Source: Bugula neritina (lineage: Eukaryota > Animalia > Bryozoa). Taken from it: 64,000 nucleotides of DNA. The stretch is from assembly GCA_964035545.1 (NCBI GenBank), contig OZ037771.1, positions 8,983,408-9,047,407 of the forward strand. The letters are read 5' to 3'. Position 1 is the first letter of the stretch. Every line of letters begins with the position of its first letter. The notes below the pieces were generated by a model that was given only the letters and a program-made list of their open reading frames with translations, had not been told where the DNA came from and made no database searches. Below are positions 19,101 to 31,100 of the stretch, in pieces. The position numbers were made by a program, and so were the translations under genes.

Positions 19101-22100
19101 AATAACATAATCCTTCTACCGCAAGCTGAGCCAAGGAAAACAATGCAGAAGAGAAGAACAAAGCAGTCAGCAATACTTACTGACACCCCAGAACAAGAGA
19201 AACTAAAGGAGCGATCAATCAAAGAAGAAAAGTATGCAAGTCAAAGAAAAGAGAGCTAGAGATTGAGGCTACAAATGAAAGTAGCAGTAGTGATGATGAT
19301 CTTGTGCCACTTGACACAGATTCAGAGTGCCGATGAAGAGCTAGATGAGCAGGAAATTGTTGAGCAAGAATATACTTATGGCATAGGAGAATATGTTTTA
19401 GAAGTATGAACTACCCAAAAAACTTGAGCAATTTTATGTTGGGGAGATTGAGTAAGTCGAGGAACCCAACATTGAATGCAACTTCTTCAAAAAGAAATCT
19501 GGAGGCTTATATTTCATCTTCTCAGAAGCTCCTGACAAAAACACAGTTACAAAGGACAACATTGTAATGAAGCTCGGCAAACCTAGTCAGCCCACCTCAT
19601 CTACAAGGGCACTCACAGTTCTGTCATTCGCAGTTGACATATCAAAATACAATTTAAAGAATCCCTGCCACACTTTACTTATATAACATGAAAATATTCA
19701 TCTATGTCTTAGCTATTATTTTAACACTCTTTTAGGGTTTCAGGTCTAGACAATTTTGTTTTATAACAAGTTTAGTGCATGCATGTCCAAAAAACTTTGA
19801 GAATTTTTATCGCCTGTCTGTGACAAAACACACCGCGATTGCGAGAAATAGATAAAAATGCCGCCTGTAAGACATTCGGAAATAAGTATAGGCTATATTT
19901 TCCGTTGCATGTAACCCTAGTTTTAACATTTTTTAATGTATCGGACCGCTGTCTAGCCCCTAATTGGTGGTTTTTTGTGAAACTAGGGTTTTATTTCATA
20001 AACAATTTTCACGGCAATAAATATATTGCTTCCAACTTACCAGTGTCCGAGTCTGTGTAGTGTAATTGTAATAAAGTTAAACCTAATATAATATTATATA
20101 CCGAAATAACATATAAAAACTATATAAATATCAATATGAGCATATCTGGCTCTGACGAAGAATACTTAAAGCAGAATGAGAATCACTTTCGCAATGAGTA
20201 TGACTATGAGAATCACACACGCTGTCACTGAGATTTCTTAAGTAATGGGCTATCAGTTTGAGCCGTTCACGTATCAAGATGAAGATGGAGATGATAGTCA
20301 TGACTTGGATTTCAATGTTACTGATGAGCAACAGGTGATAATATTTATAACTGTACAGTATCAATACGATTTAGTTTTATAAACTATAGTGTTACTAATA
20401 GTAATACTATACGTTATAAATTATAATATTTAATTTTCATTTTGTAATCGCAATGCCAATACTCGTATTGGTCCTGGCTTAATTAGTTGATATAACTGAG
20501 TTTTGCGCTACTTCAGCTTTGGAGCAAGCATTTTATCAAATTACAAGCTAAATATTTGATGATTGCTATCAGTTCATATAATAATAAAGTGATTATCATT
20601 AATGATTATAAATTCCAGTCAAGTAACTAAATATTTGATCAATACTAATGTTATTATTACTACTACCAATACAGGTATTAATATCAATTATTTGTAGATA
20701 GATTTACCCGATATTTTAAGTTAAGGGAAGGATTGTATTTTTATAAATGCATAATAATGATAATTATTATTCATTTTAATTGCAATTGTGGCCATACCGA
20801 TCCTTAACAAAACAAGTTAATCACTTACATAATCAAGTCAAACCTGTATTCACGATGATTGCATTTAGTATTCTATTTGTAACCCCCCATTTCTCTGAAT
20901 TTCTGCTTTTATAGTATAACATATGGTACCAACAATAAAATATTTTAAAATTCTTGAAAATTGGTTTATTTTATGGCAAAAATTATGAGTTTGTTTTAAT
21001 ATAAAAAATCTAATTAGTTATTAATTATAAATATAAAAATAGTTTGAATAGTAATGCAAACTTGGAATATTTTGAAACCCATGATTTTAAAGTATTTTCA
21101 AACTTCAGCCTCATTGAACTCAATTTTCAATACAAAGAAAAACACAGGAAACAAATTTAGACACAGTAATTAATGGACTTAATGCGGATGATACTGATAA
21201 TAACGTTTTTTAGAGAAGCTTGTTTGTTTTTTTAGAAAAATATTAGGCCAGCCACGGACGGAGCGGTGCACTTGCCATCGCTGCCAAAATCAGCCTACAG
21301 TAGAACAGTCTGTTTGTTGCCGTGATCATGCTGCAATTCTTAGATTAGATGGCAGCATAGAATGTATAACACAGCACCTGGGAGTATAGCAATTAACGCA
21401 ACCAGCTGTATTAGAAGTTGCATACAGTAGCTACCTGAGATATCATGGTTAGTCAATTGCTACACTTGACTATTTAGCCAATTATTTGTTTTAGTTGATG
21501 ATTTGTTTGATGAGAAGGCCCATTCTCTCAACACCAAAAAAAAGGTTTTGCAGCTACCGGTTTTTGGTGTTCTGACTGTTTCCGGGTATCAAAAAAGGTG
21601 AGAGAGGTCCTTTACCAGCTTGCTTATATGATTGGGTGCAAGCTAGATTCCCCCAACTGATGATGAGGAAGAATTTGCTGAATGGATGTTCAGCAAGTTC
21701 ATGTACAATGAGGATTTAAACTGATTGAAATCAACCCTTATCTGGGAAGGGTTGGGCAAAATGCTCCATAACACAAATTGCATCATATTTTAAGAAGTAT
21801 TTTTCTAAAACCATTTGTTTTTTAAGTAGGCATAGAAAAGATCTGAATAAACTAGCGCCCCAAATATCGAGAAAATTTGGAAAAAAATATTTGATTAACG
21901 GGCAGGAATGCAAAAATGTGCCCAACCCACCTCACTTTCCACTAGTAAATGATTCTGGGTTCTTCGAACTCATAAACCCATGGCAGATAAAGGATTTATT
22001 ATTGAAGAAGAGTTAATAGTAGACAGTTAAGCAGCAGCTTTCTTGGCATTGCTGAGTAGCAGCACAGCTTGGATGTTGGTCAAGACACCACCTTGAGCAA

Positions 22101-25100
22101 TGGTGACACCTTCAAGAGCCTGCTCAATTGCTCAACGCTTCGGATGGCCAGTTGGAGGTGACGTAGAATAATTCTGGTCTTTTTGTTATCTCTGGCAGCA
22201 TTACCTGCCAACTCCAAAACTTCAGCAGCAAAGTATTCCATCACAGCAGCAAGGTAAACTGGGGCGCCAGCACCAACTCACCCAGCATAGTTGCCTTTAC
22301 GGAAAAGTCTGTGGATTCTTTCGACTGGGAATTGCAGTCCAGCCCTTGAAGACCTGGTCTTGCTTTTTCCTCCTTTTCCACGTCCAGATATTTTAAATTG
22401 ATGTAATGATGGCAACAATATTTAGCTGCTTATAATTTGTTTGCATCAGGGTTGATTACTAAAAAATATTAAGTTTACGGAGCTGGCTTGAAATTTGAAA
22501 TTTGAAAACCTTCAATATACATACATCAGATGCTTCACACATGTGAAAGATAACATCATTTTTCGACTGGTAAAGGTTTCTTTAAGGCATCGATAAATGA
22601 TTTGTTGAACAACATATTTATAGACAAGTTGTTTGAATAAACATGAATCTGACAACCATGTTTAAAACATTTACAACTGATTTGGCAAACTTTCATAGAA
22701 TTTTCAATAGCTTCAAAACAAGAAGCAGCAGTCTCGAGCCATATTTTTACACGAGCAGATAAAGTTAGCATTTGAAGAGAATTAAAGGTATGTTTTCTCT
22801 GAATAGAATAACTTGAATACCTTGTGAATTTGAATACTTAAATGGATTTAATTGTATTTGTAACATGTTTTTAGTAACAAATACCATCAATTTATATGGT
22901 TATCAATAATAGTAGTTTTAGTTATAAATATTATCAATAATGTTATTAGCATAAATTTCCGTTGTAAATAAAAGCTTTGTTGACAGTCAAGTTTTTACTA
23001 GTGTAGCATAAGCAAGTGTTGTCTATCTTTTAGACTTTACGTTGGTGTTTTAAATAGTAAAGTGAATACATTATCAGTATGGTAACTTTATCTCAAAAGT
23101 CTCTTAAATGCTACATGGCTATTTCATGTAGTATTTGTCCCAACCACTTAGTCTGCGCAGTTCTTACATGTTTAGAATGTGAGCATGAGTGAAATAAGAC
23201 ACTGTAAGAAAGTGATATTCCATCAAGAAAATAAACAATATTAGACTCAGACTGCAGGGAGCTGAAGAAGCAAAGGTAGTTTAAATATATTTTTGCCACT
23301 TTGTTACATTTATATAAATTACTAAATCAATATTGTTATTATTGTTCCCTTTCATAGTGAAGAATTATTTATACATACAGCTCAATGTGCACATTTGAAC
23401 ATTGAAATAGCCAAAAAGTACAGCTTGCAAGGTAGAAAAAAATTTAACTACAAATTTGAACTGCAATGACATTCAACTCTCTGAATGCCAGTTGCCATGT
23501 GGGTGAAGGAAGACAAAAAATGAAAAAAAAGACAAAATAGAAAATTTCAAACTATTCGAAATAGGTTCTGTGTGAATGATACTTCAAACACAACGGAGGT
23601 TTACTGAAATAACTGATTACTACATAATAAACTGGACTCTTCAATTTATCAAGCTAGCTCGCCTTCATATGCAAGGCCATCACACAGCAAACATCTCTGA
23701 TGAGGTGAATGAGACACTGGCATGCTTTGACAAGGTGACAAATATTAGTGATAATACCTTAAACATAACTGAGGCTTACCTGGGTTTGAGAGCATAAAAG
23801 ATGGGGAATCAGTTAAAATATGACTGTATGGATCATGAGGAAATAGGGGTGAACCACGACTAATACTTTGCACACATACTCCAATGAAGGACGAAAGGTG
23901 GACTTAAGCAAGCTTAATCTATCATCAAGGTTCTCTTTCAAGCAGCGAACGTTAGGTTTATAATGCGGTCAATCTTTGAAGTTGAGAGCAGGGTCAAGAC
24001 TGGAAACTGCACCAGGTGCAATTTACAATTGTTGGTGATTCGTTCCAACATGCATTTGTTCGAGGAAAAACTTGGAAACTTTGGTGGTCCAAAACCTCTA
24101 TCATGTGACCGTGAAATCCTGAAGGATGCGTGCAAAATATCATCTGCATTAGTTTTCAAATAAACAGTTACTCACATTAATATTTAGTTGACAGTACTAT
24201 TTTAATTAGTCATTATATTAATTTTAGTTTCCAGTTGAGTAGTTGTATTTCACAGTCCTATTACTATATAGCTTTATTTTCCAATAGTTTCCGACCAGTA
24301 AAGTTATACTGGTCGAGGGCTACAAGAGTAGTCGCTAAGTCTTGCCCTGAAGTTTGGTGAGCTAAACTGCCTTGGCTTGTGCGGGACAAGCTGAGGTGGC
24401 GCTTGGTGCGACAAAGAGGAGGTAGGAAGTCACGTGGAGAGCTTGGAGCTGCCGCCATATAAACTAAAAGCTACTTCGGCAACATAAGATGTTTTTTTTC
24501 TTTCCCCTTTCATTTTTGTATTATTCAATTTAAGATGGCCACTGGAGAAGGACACGTGAACTCTGGGAGTGCAGCTTAGAGTATTGGGGCTGACAGCACA
24601 GCCAGCTTTAGACTTTGGCAGATGAGGCTGCGCGGTCCTTGTGGTCGTGGAAGTTTAAGCTACCATGCTAAATTAGGCCAAAGAACTGATTCTCACCAGG
24701 ATTCCTGAATTAGTGAATCCCTCTATTGGAGATGGGAGTGAATACATTTCTGGATAGTTGGCCAAGCACGAGGGGTACTGCAAAGTGGAGAAGGTTTCTC
24801 CAATTGATATCCTAGTGTACATGCTGGGCGGCTGCCCGTGTGTACAACAGGATGATGGTGAGGGAGGCGTCTTAGTGGGATGTCGTGAAGGCGGCCCTAA
24901 TGTCCGATTATGCCATGCTCAAGCAGGGGGCGTGGTGCAAGTTCATATCCTGCAGGGTGGATGAATGCGACACTGGACACCTTTTTGGGCCGCTTGGAGC
25001 GGTTAGGTCGCTGGGTTGGCATGTCCTGCATTGACCTGAGCTCCCGAGCTACAAAGGCTTCCCACCTTCCATTCACGAGTGGGCAGTGACCCAAGACTTT

Positions 25101-28100
25101 GCCTACACGGCGAATTTTAGGTGAGTGTTGGCACATGTCCAAGACAAGGTGGTCTAACGGAGAACAGTGGCAAGCTGTAACAAGGTAGGACAGGCGGTGG
25201 TTGCTGCAGCAGCTCCTCAGAAGCAGCAACCAGATGGCAATGCTTGGGATGGTCTTCACAAAGTGAAGGACTGCACTACAAGGCAAAAGGTGCCTGGTGC
25301 AAGAGGACCCAGAAGGGACACGCTGTCAGCCATTTTGTATCATACCTAGGGCTCTGAAATTTGAACCATGTGTTATTGAGAACCTGTTGAATAGAAAGCC
25401 AGAAATTTTTTAACGAAAAACATTCAACCTTTTCTTAGGCAATATTTACGAAATAGTTGCATTTTAAAAATTGATTTTGGGCTTGAGGTGCACTTAGAGC
25501 CATATACTCTGACAAATAGAAGAAAAACAAGATACTTACGCAACAACTGACTAAAAATAGCAGCTAGTAATACTAGGGGTCTATAGATTATCTGGAAAAG
25601 TGCAAAAATTGAAATGAAATCTGTATCTGGATTGATGTGAACATAATGAAATTTGAATGACCCCCAATTTAATAAACAGCTTGCAGCAAGCAACAGAGCC
25701 GAAAAAATGGGCTGCAAAAAGAAAAAATTTAGAGCTGTATTCATGTTTTGAAAAAATTACCGTGTGTCTCCACAAAATAGCGAAAAATGTGCCACTATCT
25801 TAATATACAACTTCCACATGACAAAAGCTGATAACATCAGCTTGATGCTGGCTAATAGTGCATTACTTTTAGCAATGGATCTGTAGCTCGAAGTTTACTA
25901 GATATGCACCGAACTAGAGAGCATACAAGTGACTTTACTAAGCATCCAACATCCAGCACATCAGGAGTTACCTATCAAGTTTTAGATCTCAATGTGGCAA
26001 TACTGAGTGTTTATCGAAAAGAAGAGAGGAACCACTGAGTATGATGGAAGTTGACAAATACCATCACTGGAATTAGAAAAGAGTGTAAAAATGTATAGTG
26101 TGTGACTTTTATCAATGTGAAACGTGCAAACAGCATTTAAAACATGATCTGTGTAAGAGCAACATCTAAGTAAAACACACAGAAAGATCACTCTAATATG
26201 GTATGCTCGTCTCATGTGTCTTCAGTTTAGAGATGATACAGCCTACTGCAGATACAAGGAAAATATTATTTGCTGAAGATGCCCAAGAAATAAACCAATT
26301 ATAATATACAATCGCATAAGACCAGTTAAGTTGAAATTTCAGAGCACTTGGCAGCATATTTGCTTTAGAATATTTTTCATCTGGGATTGTATAAAGTTTA
26401 AGAACAAAAAAATCAACCTTTCACTGTGAAACCTAATAAACCTGGGATTTGTTAGAAAAACTCTTAGAGCCTTGAACTTACATTTACCAGATAACAGTTT
26501 CAATCTCAACTAGTTACCTTATAACACAAGTCAGAGTGAACAATAGTGTCTCAATGATATCATTGTAGACATAGTTTAATCTGATTTTTTCCTTCTTTAG
26601 AATTGTATTGGTTTTAGAAAATCCCAAGACAATAAAATTATGAAAAAATGCAAAAACCTGATTATCAACACCAGAACAATTTTTCATTGTTATAGATGAG
26701 TTCACTTGAATATTAAACAATGTGCCCTAAAATAAAGCCAATACCAATAAAGCTTGCTAGGCTTCAGCAAAAACTTGTTGGCTCCTGAGAAAAAGTGAGC
26801 AAGTTTCACTGCACTGAAGATGCATAGATAGAGCTTCCAAACCCTCAGATGATATTGAATATGATTACTACTATAAATATGAGTGTATTGGCCAACTTTA
26901 TAAAATTGCAGAAGAAAATATTCAAAATAAATAATTGTATATAACTAGCTCTCCCTTGATTATTTACACAGCTAGAAAAGTAAACAAGAAAAACAATCGT
27001 CGTCAAACATAACAATACCAATTTATCTGTTAATAGCTTCTCATTAAATACATACATATGCTTAGATGTACTAGATATAGAAAGATATACCTGCCATGGC
27101 CATCCTGTACATTATTTACAATCCAGACAGCAGCGTGGCATAACTCATGAATCAGCGTATCTCGAACTCTTTCTAAAAACAGATGTGATCACGAGTCACA
27201 AACCAATATTGACTTATAATGGTGTGTTGACTAATACAAAACAACTTTATGTAGTAGTACAACATATGGATTATACAAAAAGAAAATTACAAACCATATA
27301 GTTATAGCGTAACAATTCATAACACGTATGGCACTACTTCAAATGTGATGGTAGTAAAATACTTGTAGTGTATAAATTTTGTTACAAAAATGGTTTTAAG
27401 AGCAACATAATAGACGAGGACTGTGATGTCAGCATTGTTTGGAATAGAATTGATGCACATGTCAGTAAAATAGGCAGCAGAATACTACCTACCAGCATTA
27501 TCACACACTTTCTCAGAGAGTTCAACTGATGCTTGATGAAGATTGTTATGCTTTGTCTTCACATATTTACAGTAGCCCGCTGTCTTTAGCAGTCTTTTGT
27601 TGAAAGTCACAGGCACACAACTTAGCTAAATACAGAAATGTGGAAAGTCATTGCATGTGTATAGCAACTGCTCCATACATTTGAAAACCTTATGACTGGA
27701 AGGTAAAAATTTCAAATAAAATACATATATTTTTAACTTTTTAAAAGATGGGGGAACAGCTAGTGCAGTAGCCAATAGTAGAAGTACAACAGACCAGACC
27801 AACAGGCCTACAGTGCAGTTTGTAACAGTGACCACCAATACAATGAAATACCATAAACTATGAAGAAAATACTACCAGCTTAAAAGTTTAAATAAAGAAG
27901 ATGCTATAAAACGATCGAATCATCACAAACAGTATCTCTTTAACTAGATGCATGTAAAGTCATGACACCAGCAGGTGAGTTGATAAGTTAACCTGACAGA
28001 CAGGAGCAGAATAGAGAAGTTGATACGATATCATACCTTGCCTTCAAACACAGTCTCATTGTAGAGGGTTCGGAGTCTTTCTACCAACTCCTCCTTATGC

Positions 28101-31100
28101 TTCTTGAAATCCTTCACATACCTAATAAACAATCAGTGTACACTCTAACAACAGTAACACACACTCAACACGAACAATAATTAAAACTGAGGAACACAAT
28201 CATACTTTATGGCTTCATTGTGTCGACTCCCGCTGTCTCCACAGTGAGTTGAAAGGGAGGATAAAAAGCCCAGCCTATGGCTGAATAATGTTGAGGTTTT
28301 AGGCCTAGGTTCAGTCCAAGACAGTTTCTGAAGATGGGTGTCCAACATGGCACTCCTACAATCAGACATGATCGAATTAACAACCATTAAACTTTCTTGA
28401 GCAATGGATAGATTTATGGAGAGCAAATCAGAGTATCTGCTTCTACAAAACTACTTTAAAGTAAGGGTATGGCAGCATAAAGTCTCTTTGGACTTTCATA
28501 GCATAAACATATGTTCTGGTACTTTTACTTGCTGTTAAATGTTATGTAAGCTACTTCACATTGCATATAGAGAAGACAACTCTTAAATTACAATCTGAGT
28601 AAACTGCTCAACTTGGGTACACCTTAATAATAATTATATTCACTGGAGAAATTCATACTTGTATATTACAGCTAAAGGCAAGTCATAAAACAAGATACGC
28701 TACTAACACACAATGATTTGTATAAATATATTGGCATATGTATGGCATGTTAAACAACTTAAAAACTTCCTAACTAAAAGCTTTGATGATATACAATGGC
28801 CTACCGCTTTGGAGAAACATAACTTTTAACTGTTGATCTGGCAGTGGTCTGTCTTCTACTATGAATTGGAGTACTCACTGCATTCTCCTTGCCAGGTGAA
28901 GACAGCTGAGGTGAACCCTAAGAGGTAAAACCAACTGAAATGTTACACAACATAGATTAGTGAGTACAAAGCTCCGTATAATCAGCTATTGCAATGCACA
29001 GGATGAACTGTTCCTTACACCTTCAAATATTTGGGCCTGACTAATAGAATATATAACACAGATAGCACATAAAATTGTTTGATTAGTCTTACATCCTATG
29101 ATAAACACACAGCTTTCTTTGACTACGAGCACTTTACTTAGCACATAATAAAATGCCAAAACATGTAAGGAACATAAATATACTGTTTTCTATTCTAAGT
29201 TGAAAAGTGACTAATGACATAAGTTGAAAAAGTGACTAATGACATCAAAAGCAAGATATAATTTAAGAGACTGCTATGACATATCTAGAATAACAAGTCA
29301 TTCACCAGGTTCAGGGAGTTGGACTCGGTAAGAACTTGAGATTCTTTGGGATGAACAAATGGACATGTCTTCTGATTGGTTGATTTCACTGCAGGAGTTG
29401 TCTCATTATCTAGAGAAAACGTGATGTGAGAGTAGATCAGACACTCACATAACAGTAGGGCACCCTTGGCTAATCAGTGGCACCCCACGAATGCAATTAC
29501 ATACATGTACTCACAACGCATAGTATATACACACATATATACATAATGAGTAGATATATAATATATACATACACACATAGTATATACATACACATATACA
29601 TACAAACACACATAATATATACACATATACATACACACATAGTATATACATACACACATAGTATATACATACAAACACACATAGTATATACACACATACA
29701 TACACACATAGTACATACACACATAGTATATACATACACACATAGTATATACATACACATATACATACAAACACACATAATATATACACATATACATACA
29801 CACATAGTATATACATACACACATAGTATATACATACACATATACATACAAACACACATAGTATACACACATATACATACACACATATACATACAAACAC
29901 ACACATAGTACATACACATATACATACTAACACGGTGCAGGCGCTGACTCTACTCTATTTCTCAAACCCTCCTTCAAGAGTTCATCAAATGAGTCATCAG
30001 AGTCTGAGAAAAGGGAAGAGGAGTGTTTGACGTCCTCAGGTCTTTCTGTAGCAGCAAATTACGACAGCAGTATAAATACAACAGCAGCATGAGCATATCA
30101 TCTGAGTGATTAACTTATTTATAACTTGAACAGCTACTTCTAACTACAGCCCGGACGAATTTTCTTTAAAATAAATTTCAATAAAAGGACAAATAGCAGT
30201 CAATGTTTTAAAGGAGTAGCGAGTACAACTTGAAAATATTCAACATAAATATACACTGCAGTGATGAACTAATTTACTATTTCTCAAAAATTATAAATTA
30301 AATTAACTTTATATTATATTTAAGACTCACCAAAATCATTATCTTCTGTTTCGATATCTGAACTACTCCCAGAATCTCTGAAAACACAGAAGATCTTATG
30401 CTCTGTTCACACCACAGCTCAAAATAAAGGATATGCCCCTTACTTGGCTGTAGTGTGAATGGGACATTACAAATCAGTGGTAACAAGATCATATAGCTAA
30501 AATTATCACAATAATAAATGGAAGTTAGGGCTACGGATGAATTTTGTCCAGAGCTAGAGGTTGAAAACACTCAAAGGGCTTCAAAGAAGCAATCATGACG
30601 TCACCAACTACCAGCCTAGACATAGAGGTACAAAAACATAGACACATATAATTCCTTACTTACTGTTGGTCCAGCATTTTATCAACTCGCAAGTAGTACA
30701 CATTATCTACATCACTTCCTTCCGACAATGACTCATCGTCAGGCACAATAAACTTGTCTAAACTAAAACAGACAACTCCTAATCAGTGAGAAAAATGCTT
30801 GACTTGACTCAAACAAGTAAAAAATTTCACCAAGCAAAAAATGTTGACTGAGCAAAAACAACTGCCGAAAAAAACATATTCCTGAAAAATAGGCATGCAT
30901 TACAATTATATTTTGTTTTATAAACAAATGATCTTTACTTTTCCAATCGCCCTCGTACCAACACAAAATATATTTCAATATTCGTTTCTGAAAATAAAAA
31001 ACTATTACTTTACAATTTACTTCAAAGATTAGCAGTAAATTAAACACTTTTGTAATTATAGTGATCTAGGCTGTGATTGTAGTGAACTAGGCTGCGAGTT

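Noticed and set aside
14442-22391. Functional histone gene cluster
   Set aside because: Both H2A copies are disrupted, and no H2B, H3, H4 or stem-loop was found.
29474-29933. Four overlapping ~140-aa ORFs
   Set aside because: Low-complexity intronic repeat that is open on both strands.
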